From assembly GCA_965223705.1 (NCBI GenBank), contig OZ245015.1:800001-864000 (forward strand): DNA of 64,000 bases, in the 5' to 3' direction. Of the stretch, positions 9,912 through 19,788 are shown in pieces. The translations under genes were made by a program, and so were the position numbers. Position 1 is the first letter of the stretch; the number at the start of each line of letters is the position of its first letter. The notes under the pieces were generated by a model. The model saw only the letters and a list, made by a program, of their open reading frames with translations. It was not told the DNA's origin and did not search any database. This stretch comes from Myxococcota bacterium. Its GTDB lineage: Bacteria > Myxococcota_A > UBA9160 > UBA6930.

Positions 9912-12815
9912 ATGGCGCAGGAAGTGAGGCCGGAAGCAAGCGGCCACGTCGCGAAAGCGACTGGCGACGAACCCGGAGAGCCCCGGCAAAACGGTGCTGC
10001 AGCGCCCATGACCGCACTGGCCGGGTTCGGTGTGAATGCGGGCGTCGTCGAAGAAATCCGCGAGCGCTACGACGTCGACCCGGAATCGGTCGACGCCAGT
10101 TGGGCCGATCTGTTCGATCGCGAGCCGCCTGCGGCCTCGATCATCCCCACGCCCCGCGCCGAGATCCCGAGTGCCGTAGAGTCCGGGCGCGATGGGTCGA
10201 CCGGCGCAGATCCGCTTCGGGATCCCCAGGTTGCCGACAAACAGGCGCGTTGTCTGCGGCTCATCCACGCGTACCGGGCGCGCGGCCACCGAATCGCCGA
10301 TATCGATCCGCTCGGGGGCCAGAGCAACTACTTCCCGGAGCTCGATCCAGCGCACTACGGGTTCGGTGCCGAAGAACTCGACATATCGATGCTCGCGGGC
10401 GATCTGCCGGGCGGTCCGATTCAGCCGTTGCGACAGATCCTCGACTGCCTGAAAGCGACGTATTGCCGCTCCGTCGGAGTCGAGTTCCTCCACATTCAAG
10501 ATCCGGGGCGCCGCCAATGGCTGCAGCGCCGCATGGAAGAATCGCAGAACGAGACCGAGCTCTCCGCGGAAGATCGCCTACGCGTGCTCGAGAAGCTCTC
10601 GGCAGCAGCGCTGTTCGAGCGTTTCCTCCACACCAAGTTTCTCGGTCAGAAGCGTTTCTCTTTGGAGGGCGCCGAGTCGCTCATACCGTTGCTCGACACG
10701 CTCGTCGAAGAAGCGCCGAGTCACGGCGTGCGCGAACTGGTCGTCGGCATGGCGCATCGCGGGCGCCTCAACGTGCTGTCGAACATTCTCGGAAAGTCGC
10801 TCGAGTCGATTTTTTCGGAGTTCGAAGACATCGAAATCGAAGAAAGCCCGTTCGGCTCGGGGGACGTCAAGTATCACAAGGGCTATTCGAACGATCGCCG
10901 CACCCGGAGCGGAGCGCGCATCCACCTGTCGCTGACGGCCAACCCCTCGCACCTCGAGGCGGTGGATCCCGTCGTCGAAGGTCGCGCGCGTGCGAAGCAG
11001 ATCCGCGCCGGCGATCTCCGCGGCCAAACGATTGTGCCCGTACTCATTCACGGTGACGCCGCGTTTGCCGGTCAGGGGATGGTGAGTGAGACCCTGAACC
11101 TCTCTCATCTCGTCGGTTATTCAACGGGTGGCACGATCCACGTGATCGTCAACAACCAAATCGGTTTCACCACCACGCCGAAAGAAGCGCGGTCGACCCT
11201 CTACTGCACCGACGCTGCAAAGATGATCCAGGCGCCGATCTTTCACGTGAACGGCGACGACCCCGAAGCTGCGGTCCATTGCGTCAAGCTCGCCATGGCG
11301 TACCGGCAGCGGTTCGGAGACGATGTCGTCATCGACATGGTTTGTTATCGGCGCCACGGTCACAACGAAGGCGACGACCCGAGCTTCACCCAACCCCTGC
11401 TGTACGACAAAATCCGCTCGATGGTCCCGGTGCGTCAAAAGTTTACGCAGGATCTGGTCCGCAGCGGCTTGTTGTCGGAAGAGGACGTCAAACGGATCGA
11501 GACCGACCTGGGCGAGCAGCTTCAACAAGCGCTCCAAGTCATCAAGACGCGCCCGCCGGCTCCCGACGAGCCCTACGATCCGCGCGGGCCGTGGACCGGT
11601 TTCTCGCGCGTCGCTCCCGAGAACGATATCTCGACCGGCGTTTCCCTCGAAGTGCTCTCGCAAGTTGCGGACCGCATGGGCACGACACCGACGGATTTCG
11701 ACGTTCATCCCAAGCTCGTCAAGTTGCTCGAGCGGCGACGCAAGGTGATCGGCGAAGACGGGGAAATCGACTGGGCCACCGCAGAAGCGCTCGCGTTTGG
11801 AACCCTCCTTCTCGAGGGCAATCCCGTACGTCTCTCCGGTCAGGACAGTTCACGCGGCACGTTCAGTCAGCGCCATGCCGTGTTCGTCGACCGTCGGACG
11901 GGTGAAGAATACGCGCCGCTCGATCATCTGAGCGATGACCAGGCGCGCTTCGAGGTTTACGACAGTCATCTCTCCGAGGCCGGCGTCTTGGGCTTCGAGT
12001 ATGGCTACAGCCTGGCCGATCCGACCACGTTGACAATTTGGGAAGCTCAGTTCGGCGACTTCGTGAACGGTGCGCAAGTGATCATCGATCAATTCATCAG
12101 CTCGGCGCACGTGAAATGGAAGCGGATGAGCGGGCTGGTCATGCTGCTTCCGCATGGTTACGAAGGTCAGGGCCCCGAGCACTCGAGCGCGCGCCTCGAG
12201 CGATTCCTCCAGATCTGCGCCGAGGACAACCTTCAAGTCGTGAACTGCACGACGCCCGCGCAGTACTTCCATCTGCTGCGGAGGCAGACGCGGCGCAACT
12301 ATCGCGCTCCGCTCGTGGTTGCGACACCCAAGAGTCTTCTGCGTTCGCCGTTGGCCGTGTCGAAGCCGCAAGAGCTCGCGCGGGGTCGCTTCCGTCCCGT
12401 GATCGATGACCCGCGATCCGTCGATCCGGGCGCGGTTCGTCGGGTCGTCATGTGCTGGGGCAAGGTCTACTACGACTTGCTCGCGGCTCAGGAAGCGCGC
12501 CGCGAAGCGCGAGGCTCGGCGGCACCGGATACGGCTCTCATTCGGGTCGAAGAGGTGTATCCCTGGCCTGCCGAAGAGCTTCGCGAGTTGATCTCCCGCT
12601 ACGGGTCCGCTCCCGAAGTCTTCTGGACTCAAGAAGAGCCTGCGAACATGGGCGCCTTCAGCTTCGTCCGCGACCGAATCGAGGAGCTTCTCCTGCCGCA
12701 CCAAAGCCTCCAGTACGCCGGCCGGCGCGCCAGTGCCAGCACAGCGACGGGCTCCCTGCGCATCCATCGCAATGAGCAGGAAGCGCTCGTCAAAGCCACA
12801 TTTGCTGGCTTGTAA
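9912..12815 (+). CDS. sucA: 2-oxoglutarate dehydrogenase E1 component
   Basis: KRFSLEG, GMAHRGRLN, GDVKYH, NPSHLE, HGDAAFAGQG, WEAQFGDF, GPEHSSAR; start uncertain (9843/9912/10008). Confidence 0.95.
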   Translation: MAQEVRPEASGHVAKATGDEPGEPRQNGAAAPMTALAGFGVNAGVVEEIRERYDVDPESVDASWADLFDREPPAASIIPTPRAEIPSAVESGRDGSTGADPLRDPQVADKQARCLRLIHAYRARGHRIADIDPLGGQSNYFPELDPAHYGFGAEELDISMLAGDLPGGPIQPLRQILDCLKATYCRSVGVEFLHIQDPGRRQWLQRRMEESQNETELSAEDRLRVLEKLSAAALFERFLHTKFLGQKRFSLEGAESLIPLLDTLVEEAPSHGVRELVVGMAHRGRLNVLSNILGKSLESIFSEFEDIEIEESPFGSGDVKYHKGYSNDRRTRSGARIHLSLTANPSHLEAVDPVVEGRARAKQIRAGDLRGQTIVPVLIHGDAAFAGQGMVSETLNLSHLVGYSTGGTIHVIVNNQIGFTTTPKEARSTLYCTDAAKMIQAPIFHVNGDDPEAAVHCVKLAMAYRQRFGDDVVIDMVCYRRHGHNEGDDPSFTQPLLYDKIRSMVPVRQKFTQDLVRSGLLSEEDVKRIETDLGEQLQQALQVIKTRPPAPDEPYDPRGPWTGFSRVAPENDISTGVSLEVLSQVADRMGTTPTDFDVHPKLVKLLERRRKVIGEDGEIDWATAEALAFGTLLLEGNPVRLSGQDSSRGTFSQRHAVFVDRRTGEEYAPLDHLSDDQARFEVYDSHLSEAGVLGFEYGYSLADPTTLTIWEAQFGDFVNGAQVIIDQFISSAHVKWKRMSGLVMLLPHGYEGQGPEHSSARLERFLQICAEDNLQVVNCTTPAQYFHLLRRQTRRNYRAPLVVATPKSLLRSPLAVSKPQELARGRFRPVIDDPRSVDPGAVRRVVMCWGKVYYDLLAAQEARREARGSAAPDTALIRVEEVYPWPAEELRELISRYGSAPEVFWTQEEPANMGAFSFVRDRIEELLLPHQSLQYAGRRASASTATGSLRIHRNEQEALVKATFAGL

Positions 12816-12896
12816 ATTCCGGCGAAACTCTCCGAGCGAGCGCAGCGTATCCCCCGAGCAGGCCGCGGTGACGCCGCGTTCTGAGGAGGCCCTTTG

Positions 12897-13616
12897 ATGG
12901 AACAGCAAACGCACGGCGGCGGCGCCGGAAAGCCTCTGGTGGGCCTCGTCGTCCTGATCGCGGCTGCCCTCGGTTTCTGGGCCGGACAGGGGCAGGCGGG
13001 CGGAGGCTCGAGCGCGGAGAAAATCGCCGAAATCGATCGCAAGATCGTGGCCCTCGCCGACGCGATTGGAGTCGAACTCGATCAGCCTGAAGCCGCCCAG
13101 ATCGAAATCGCGAACTCCCCGAGCCGCGGGCCCGAGGACGCCCCCGTGGTCATGGTGGAGTTCTCCGATTTTGAGTGTCCCTACTGCCTTCGCGCGCACC
13201 CGACGGTGCAACGCGTGCTCGAAGAATACCCGGACGAAGTGAAGCTCGTGTTCAAACACTTCCCGCTCAGTTTTCACAAGAACGCCGTGAACGCGCATCG
13301 CGCGGTGCTCGCTGCAGGCGAACAGGACCGCTTCTGGGAAATGCACGACTTGATCTTCGACTCGATTGACGACCTGAGCGTGGCTCGAATGGTCCAGCAC
13401 GCCGAGACCCTCGGTCTCGACCGCAAGCGCTTCATGGCCTCATTCGAATCCGATCTCGCGCAGGAGACAATCGATCGCGACATGGCAGAAGGCAGGGCGG
13501 CGGGCGTCCGCGGCACTCCGGCCTTTTTCATCAACGGTCGCTACATGGCGGGCGCGCAGCCCTTCGAGGTGTTCAAAGAAGCGATCGACGAAGCGCTCGC
13601 CGAAGCTGCTTCATAG
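12897..13616 (+). CDS. DsbA-family thioredoxin-fold oxidoreductase
   Basis: EFSDFECPYC, GVRGTPAFFING cis-Pro loop, N-terminal TM, GAGGAGG RBS. Confidence 0.9.
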   Translation: MEQQTHGGGAGKPLVGLVVLIAAALGFWAGQGQAGGGSSAEKIAEIDRKIVALADAIGVELDQPEAAQIEIANSPSRGPEDAPVVMVEFSDFECPYCLRAHPTVQRVLEEYPDEVKLVFKHFPLSFHKNAVNAHRAVLAAGEQDRFWEMHDLIFDSIDDLSVARMVQHAETLGLDRKRFMASFESDLAQETIDRDMAEGRAAGVRGTPAFFINGRYMAGAQPFEVFKEAIDEALAEAAS

Positions 13617-15344
13617 GGCGTGCTGAGAGAACGCGGTACCACGCAGGCGATTCCAGACCCCGGCGATTTCAAGCCGGCGCGGTCGAGCGAGTTCGCCCGG
13701 GTGTTCCTCGCCGCGAAGTCCCTCGACCCACGATTCGAGCCCGGCCTGGTCACACTCGGCCTCCAGGGCGTCCAACACTTCCGAGAGTGATTTTTGCCCG
13801 TCGACAAACGCGCGACGCGCCCGATCGATGGCGCATGCCGCGGCGTAAGCCTGGCTCCGGTCGACAAACTGCGGGAACGAAGCAAGCGGGACGCGCCGTT
13901 CTCCGTAGGCGAGCTCATTTCGATCCACGCGCAGCGAGTGGGCGCGGGTGCCGCGGCGCGGAGTGAGCCCGCGAGCGCCCGGGACCCGTGCGGTAAAGAG
14001 AGCTCCGGGAGCTTCGACACGACCTACCGCTTCCGAGGCGTGCTTTGACGCTATCGCGGCGGCATCCGCGCTGCGATCGACCAGCTGGAAGTCGCGCATT
14101 TCGATCACTCGGTCTGCGACCCGGAAGTAGTCGCCGGACGCCCCGGTGACCAGGATGGTCGAGACGCCGAAGTCGTCGAACAGGCTCCGAGCGCGATCGA
14201 CGAACGGCGTGATCGGCTCGTGCGTCGAGGCGATGAGTGCCCGCATCCTCTCGTCGCGAACCATGAAATTCGTCGCGCAGGTGTCTTCGTCCATCAGCAG
14301 CAGGCGGGCGCCCACCTCGAGCGCTTCACTGATCGCCGCCGCCTGGCTCGTACTTCCACTCGCGTTCTCGGTCGCGAACGCGCCGGTTTCCCGGCCGCCG
14401 GGGAGGGATCCGATAAAGGCGCGAATGTCGCACGCTTCGATTCGGCGGCCCTCTTCGGCGCGCACCCAGCACCCGTCCGGACGCGTGATGACACCTTCGC
14501 GACCGTCACCGGGAATGTGTGGGTACACACCCCGCGCAAGCGCTTGCAGGAGCGTGGACTTGCCGTGAAAACCGCCTCCGACGACGAGCGTGACCCCCGC
14601 TGGAATCCCCAAGCCGGCGACCCTTCGTCCGTCGCGGAGCGTGAACTCCCTCCGCAGCGACGGAGGCGCCACCGTCCGCACACAGCCGTCGAGCAACGGT
14701 TCGTCGGTGTCGCCGCTTCGACGCGGGAGGATGGCGCCGTCGGCGACGAAAGCGACGAGGCCAGCCGAAGTCAGTTCGCCGCGAAGTGTTTCTTGATCGA
14801 CGACGCACTGCACGAACGATTGAAGCGCCGGCAACGACCGGCGTGTGTAAGCCAGCGCCTCGATAGCGATCTCGGGAAGCCTGTCGCACAGGAGCGTCGC
14901 GCAGTCGCGACCGAGGATTCTTCTCCCGCGGGCCGGTAGGCCCACCCGAAGCCGGGCTTCGACGAAGTCGTCACCGAGGCGAATCGCGGTTCGGGCGAGG
15001 ACTTCTTGCCCGCCGGCGTCGATGTCGATTCGTCCGCTGTGGCCCGATCCGACCCGCGCTTCGGGGCGATCCCCCAATACCTCGGCAACCCGACGAGCGA
15101 TTGCGTCGGCCAGGGCCACGCGCGAAACGGAGTCCGCCCGGAGTTCGGCGGGGTAGCTCGCCGCGGTTCCCGCGAGTCGGAGACGCACCCGTGAGGGAGC
15201 CGCGAAAGGATCGCCCTGTACGTGATCGATAAACAGCGTGACGACGTCTTCGCCGCTCGAACGCAAGACGTAGGAGCCGCGAAGCCCGCGATATCCACCG
15301 AAGCTTCGGCCGTCCAATTCCGCAAGCTGTTCGCTAAGTCCCAC
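13611..15344 (-). CDS. Predicted soluble ABC-class P-loop ATPase (PF09818-type)
   Basis: DHVQGDPFAAPSR, GGGFHGKSTLL Walker A, NASGSTSQAA, LLMDEDTCATNFM. Confidence 0.85.
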   Translation of the reverse strand: MGLSEQLAELDGRSFGGYRGLRGSYVLRSSGEDVVTLFIDHVQGDPFAAPSRVRLRLAGTAASYPAELRADSVSRVALADAIARRVAEVLGDRPEARVGSGHSGRIDIDAGGQEVLARTAIRLGDDFVEARLRVGLPARGRRILGRDCATLLCDRLPEIAIEALAYTRRSLPALQSFVQCVVDQETLRGELTSAGLVAFVADGAILPRRSGDTDEPLLDGCVRTVAPPSLRREFTLRDGRRVAGLGIPAGVTLVVGGGFHGKSTLLQALARGVYPHIPGDGREGVITRPDGCWVRAEEGRRIEACDIRAFIGSLPGGRETGAFATENASGSTSQAAAISEALEVGARLLLMDEDTCATNFMVRDERMRALIASTHEPITPFVDRARSLFDDFGVSTILVTGASGDYFRVADRVIEMRDFQLVDRSADAAAIASKHASEAVGRVEAPGALFTARVPGARGLTPRRGTRAHSLRVDRNELAYGERRVPLASFPQFVDRSQAYAAACAIDRARRAFVDGQKSLSEVLDALEAECDQAGLESWVEGLRGEEHPGELARPRRLEIAGVWNRLRGTAFSQHAL

Positions 15345-15371
15345 AGCGCGTCGAGGGTAGTCGACCGTCGC

Positions 15372-16415
15372 CTACGGGAATAGATCGAGCTGCGCCGCAC
15401 CGAGGCGACGGAAATGGCGGGTCGCCAGCTCGGGTGGCCTTTCGTCCAGCCCGTGCCTGCGCACGGTGTGTTCGAAGCGCGCGGCAATTTCATTGGCAAA
15501 CACACCCCGGCCGCGCTGACGCGTAGCCCATTCGGCGTTGTAGAGGTTCTCCCCGTGCATCTCGCGCAGGCGCCGGAGAACTTTGTCGCGACGGTCGGGG
15601 CGATGCCTTTCGAGCCAACGTGCAAACAGCTCGCGGAGGCCGTGCGGCAGGCGCAACATCACGTAGCGCGCCCACTGCGCACCGGAAGCCTTCGCTTTGT
15701 CGAGGAGCGGGGCGATCTCGTGATCCGTGAGGCCGGGGATCATGGGGGCCATCATGACGCCGACCGGAACACCGGCCTCGACAAGAGCGGTGACCGCGGC
15801 GAAACGACGATCGGAAGTCGACGCACGCGGTTCCATCACGCGTTGGAGATCTCGATCGAGTGTCGTGATCGAGATCGCGACGGACACGAGGTCGAGACGG
15901 GCCAGATCCGAGAGAATATCGAGATCCCGCGTGATCAGCGCGCTCTTCGTGACGATCGTGACCGGGTTTCGGTACGCGCTGAACACGCGCAACAGCTGGC
16001 GCGTAATCTTGAGTTTCTGTTCGGTGGGTTGGTAGGCATCGGTGACTCCCGACAATGCGATCACGCGCGGCCGATAGCCCGCTCGAGAAAACGCCCGCTC
16101 GAGGCGCGCCGGTGCGTCTTCCTTCACGAAGATGTGGGTTTCGAAATCGAGACCCGCCGAGAAGCCCAGGTATTCGTGCGTGGGCCTCGCGTAGCAGTAG
16201 CTGCACCCGTGCTCGCAGCCGCGATAGGGGTTGATGCTCGTTGTGAACCCGAGGTCCGGGCTGTCATTTTTCGAGAGCAACTCGCGCGTATTGTCGCGGT
16301 GAAGCTTCGTCTTGACGCCGCGGTCGAGTGCTTCGAACGGCTCGTAAGTCCGCGTTTCAAAACGGCCGGCCGGGTTGGCCACGGCGCCTCGAGCGGGGGG
16401 TCGCGGGCGTTTCAC
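15372..16415 (-). CDS. PA0069/Rv2578c-family radical SAM protein (spore photoproduct lyase-like)
   Basis: SINPYRGCEHGCSYCYAR (CxxxCxxC), TDAYQP, C-terminal QLDLF; GTG start inferred at 16415. Confidence 0.9.
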   Translation of the reverse strand: MKRPRPPARGAVANPAGRFETRTYEPFEALDRGVKTKLHRDNTRELLSKNDSPDLGFTTSINPYRGCEHGCSYCYARPTHEYLGFSAGLDFETHIFVKEDAPARLERAFSRAGYRPRVIALSGVTDAYQPTEQKLKITRQLLRVFSAYRNPVTIVTKSALITRDLDILSDLARLDLVSVAISITTLDRDLQRVMEPRASTSDRRFAAVTALVEAGVPVGVMMAPMIPGLTDHEIAPLLDKAKASGAQWARYVMLRLPHGLRELFARWLERHRPDRRDKVLRRLREMHGENLYNAEWATRQRGRGVFANEIAARFEHTVRRHGLDERPPELATRHFRRLGAAQLDLFP

Positions 16416-16441
16416 GAGGCGAATATAAGGCGAAAGTGAGG

Positions 16442-19030
16442 CTACTCGCCAGCCCGGCCCCCCTGAATCCAGCGCGTCAATTCGGGCTCGGCGCGCTCGA
16501 CCAGCGCAATGTCGAGATCGAAGCGCTCGAGGGCCTGGCGAACCGCCCGCGCCCCAGTTGGAACCGGGTTCTCGCGAAAGAAACGAGCGACGTCCCGCCG
16601 GTGACTTCGCGTGCCGAGCGCCGGTAGTGCATCGATGGGACGCGTGACCAGCATTGCGGGCATTCGCTGGCGAAGCTTCTTCCAACGCTTTTTCATGAAG
16701 GCCCAGGTGGCTTCTCGCGCTGCGGGATTCTGGACGAGTCGCGCCAAGAGAATCGCGACGTCCTGCGTCTCGACGTTCTCGAGGAGGTCGGCGAGGGAAC
16801 GTGCGATCAGAGCGGGATCGCGGAAGGAAGTCTGTGCGATGAGCATGCGCCGCCGAGCCTGCGGTGTGTCGGCGTCCGCGGCAGCTCGAGAGAAGCGTTC
16901 GAAGAGCGCGGCATCCCCGTCGCGGGCGGCTAAGTGCACGATCCCGTCGGCCAGGTTCGGATCGAGTGAACGCGGATCGCGCAGGTACGCGTCGCAACGC
17001 GCAGCGGCCGCGCGAATCATTTCTTCGTCGCCGCCGATCTGCGCGACGATGTCGAGTAGCGCCGCTCGGCGGAGACTCGCCAGGTCGTCGTCGCCCGCGC
17101 GGTCGAGCCCCAACTCACGCAACGCCGGGCCGAACACGTCACACACTTTTTGCCGGAAAGCGCGGGCGATTTCTTCGTCGCCCGCGATGCGGTCTTCCAC
17201 GAAACTGAGCGCCGGCACCAAACCGATCAACACGTCGGGATCCGCTTCCGAGCCAAACGCCATGGCCAAGTCGAGAAAGCTCGTGAGCGGAGCTTTCTCG
17301 GCTCGAACCGCGGCCCATTGATGGCCTACGAGCCCGAGTCGCTCGACCGCCGAGAGCGCGCGGATGTGCGTCGCCAGCCGTGCCAGTTCGTCCGGATGGT
17401 GCAGGGGGCGGAAGAAGCCACTCTCGTCGGCGTTGCCGTACACGAACCGCGGGGACGTGCTCTCGAGTTCGACCTTCCCGGAAGCGCCGGTGATCAGTTT
17501 GCGGGCCGTGCGCGTCCGGCTGCCTTTCGTTCCCACCCGGCCGATCCAGGGGATGGGCCAACGGGTTTGGTCCGCGGTGCGTCCACCGAGGGAAAATCGC
17601 TCTTGACGGAAGTGGAGCTCGGTTTTTCCGTCGCGCTCCTTGCGGCGAACCCGAACCAGGGGGAAACCCTCTTGTTCGATCCAGGCGCGAACGATGCGTT
17701 CGACGTCGAACCCCGCCGCTTCGGACAGGGCCTGCCACAGATCGGCGGCGACGGCGTTGCTTTCGCGGTGCCGGCGGATGTAGACGCGGACTCCGGCGCG
17801 AAAGACTTCGGGACCGAGATAGCGCTCGAGCATCCGAACCACCGACGCGCCTTTCTCGTAGGTGATGACGTCGAAATTTTCCGTCGCCTCTTCGGGAGTG
17901 CGTACCGCCGCGTAGATCGGGTGGCTGTGCCGCAGCGCGTCCGTTGTGAGGGCCGCCTGGCGGTAGTGCTGGAAGTCGTGCCACATGCGCCACTCGGGCT
18001 TCCACGCATCGACGATGTGGAAGGCCATCCAGGTGGCAAACGCTTCGTTCAGCCACAGATCGTCCCACCAGGCCATGGTGACGAGATCGCCGTACCACAT
18101 GTGCGCGAGCTCGTGACAGATCACTTCTGCGACTCGCTTCTTTTCCTGGGCGGTCGCCAGATGGGGGTCGACCAGGAGGAGCGTCTCCCGGAAGAAGACC
18201 GCGCCCGCGTTTTCCATGGCGCCGGCTTCGAAATCCGGCACGGCCACCAGGTCGAGTTTCTCGTAGGGGTAGGGCAGGTCGAAGTAGTTCTCGAGCCGGC
18301 CCAGGGTCTCGCGGGCGACCTCGAGCCCGAACTCCGAGAGCCCCTGTTTCCCGGGCACGTGCCAGATTCGAATCTCGGTATCACCGCAGGAGGTGGGCGC
18401 CGACGTCTCGAGTTCGCCGACCGCGAGGGCCAGCAAATACGTCGAAAGGGGAGGCGTAGGCTCGAAGTAGACGGTCTTCTTACCCCCCGAGAGGGGCTCC
18501 ACCTTCGCCGCAGGACTGTTGGACAGGACGGTGTTTCTTCGATCGGTCGTCACCGAGATCTCGAAGCGTGCCTTCATTCCGGGCTCATCGAGGCACGGGA
18601 AGAAGCGCCGGGCCTCGGCGGCTTCGAGTTGCGTGAAGGCGTATTTCCGTTTTCCCGCCCGCGCGGCGTAGAGCCCGCGCAGGTCGGTCCGGAGCTTTCC
18701 GCGAAACGCCATCGAGACCCGGACTTCACCCGCGGGTAAGCGATCCGGAAAATGGAGCTCGATTTTCTCCCGTTCGGGGTTCGCGACGATCGTGCCTCGG
18801 ACGGTTCCCGCCGTCGACTCGGCGCGGACACGCGAGATCCGAAGCCCGTCCGAGTGGAACTCGAGCGTGCTGCGGCGTCTGCCCAGACGCAACGTATGGG
18901 TAACTTCGCCGCGAAACTGGTCGCTGTGCTGGGGATCTACCTCGACATGCAACGAGACCTCGGTCGGGCGTACGTCCGCCGGCAAACGGATCCGCCTGCT
19001 CTTCTTGCGCTGGGTGGTGCGGCTCGCCAA
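16442..19030 (-). CDS. pepN: M1 family aminopeptidase with ERAP1-like C-terminal domain
   Basis: GAMEN, HELAH...WLNEAFA, YEKGAS; TTG start with GAGGAG RBS. Confidence 0.92.
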   Translation of the reverse strand: MASRTTQRKKSRRIRLPADVRPTEVSLHVEVDPQHSDQFRGEVTHTLRLGRRRSTLEFHSDGLRISRVRAESTAGTVRGTIVANPEREKIELHFPDRLPAGEVRVSMAFRGKLRTDLRGLYAARAGKRKYAFTQLEAAEARRFFPCLDEPGMKARFEISVTTDRRNTVLSNSPAAKVEPLSGGKKTVYFEPTPPLSTYLLALAVGELETSAPTSCGDTEIRIWHVPGKQGLSEFGLEVARETLGRLENYFDLPYPYEKLDLVAVPDFEAGAMENAGAVFFRETLLLVDPHLATAQEKKRVAEVICHELAHMWYGDLVTMAWWDDLWLNEAFATWMAFHIVDAWKPEWRMWHDFQHYRQAALTTDALRHSHPIYAAVRTPEEATENFDVITYEKGASVVRMLERYLGPEVFRAGVRVYIRRHRESNAVAADLWQALSEAAGFDVERIVRAWIEQEGFPLVRVRRKERDGKTELHFRQERFSLGGRTADQTRWPIPWIGRVGTKGSRTRTARKLITGASGKVELESTSPRFVYGNADESGFFRPLHHPDELARLATHIRALSAVERLGLVGHQWAAVRAEKAPLTSFLDLAMAFGSEADPDVLIGLVPALSFVEDRIAGDEEIARAFRQKVCDVFGPALRELGLDRAGDDDLASLRRAALLDIVAQIGGDEEMIRAAAARCDAYLRDPRSLDPNLADGIVHLAARDGDAALFERFSRAAADADTPQARRRMLIAQTSFRDPALIARSLADLLENVETQDVAILLARLVQNPAAREATWAFMKKRWKKLRQRMPAMLVTRPIDALPALGTRSHRRDVARFFRENPVPTGARAVRQALERFDLDIALVERAEPELTRWIQGGRAGE

Positions 19031-19106
19031 CGGGGCTCCTCGAAAAATGGAACTCGGAAGTGTACGCCAGCCCCGGGCTCGCGGGACGATTAAGAATATC
19101 TATAAA

Positions 19107-19119
19107 AATCAACATGTTA
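19107..19119 (+). promoter_or_regulatory. Candidate IHF-type binding site in AT-rich divergent promoter region
   Basis: AATCAACATGTTA matches WATCAANNNNTTR exactly and follows an A/T tract (TAAGAATATCTATAAA). Confidence 0.45.
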
Positions 19120-19165
19120 CAAATTCCCCTCGTCGAAATGGCCCCGTCTGCCGAAAAACCCGGGA

Positions 19166-19720
19166 GTGGGACGAAGGACTTTCCGACGCCGGCCCGAGTG
19201 GGCCCTCTCGATCTTCGCGGCGGCGATCCTGCTGGCAATTCCCAACGCTGTGCTGGCTTTTGACTGCCCGAGCGCGCCAGAGGACGAGGTTCTCGCCCGG
19301 ATCAACGAAGTCCGCCGAGCGGACGGTTCCCCGGAGCTCCGCTGGGATCCCCGGCTCTTCGCCGCGGCGAGCCGACACACGGGGGACATGGCGGAAGCGC
19401 GGTTTCTGGCGCACCGCGGATCCGACGGTTCTCTACCGGCGCTTCGGATGCGCGATGAGGGGTACGACGCCGCCACCGCGGAAACCGTCGGCGCCGGTCA
19501 GGACGACCCCGCGTCGATCGTGGCTGCTTGGCTCGCCTCAAGCCGGCACGAAGAGATCCTGCGCTCCCCGCGTTGGACGCACGTGGGTATCGCCCACGCG
19601 GAGACCGATTCGAAGTACCGACACGTTTGGGCTGCGAACTTCGGTGCCGCTCCCAGGGGCTCGACGGCGAGGTCGCGCTGCGAGAACCCGCCCGCCGTGC
19701 CCGCTAGCGCGGCCGAGTAG
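19166..19720 (+). CDS. CAP (SCP-like) domain exported protein
   Basis: Signal peptide; INEVRR...LRWDPRL..AA..H..DM....FLAH, WLASSRHEEIL, HVGIA. Confidence 0.85.
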   Translation: MGRRTFRRRPEWALSIFAAAILLAIPNAVLAFDCPSAPEDEVLARINEVRRADGSPELRWDPRLFAAASRHTGDMAEARFLAHRGSDGSLPALRMRDEGYDAATAETVGAGQDDPASIVAAWLASSRHEEILRSPRWTHVGIAHAETDSKYRHVWAANFGAAPRGSTARSRCENPPAVPASAAE

Positions 19721-19788
19721 GCCCCGATACAGCAAAAACGCGCGAAGCTCTGTCCCAGCTGCCACAATCGGCGGCGAGGAGTTGCGCC

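Noticed and set aside
16416..16997. N-terminal extension of the radical SAM ORF
   Set aside because: Overlaps the pepN 3' end in another frame and is low complexity
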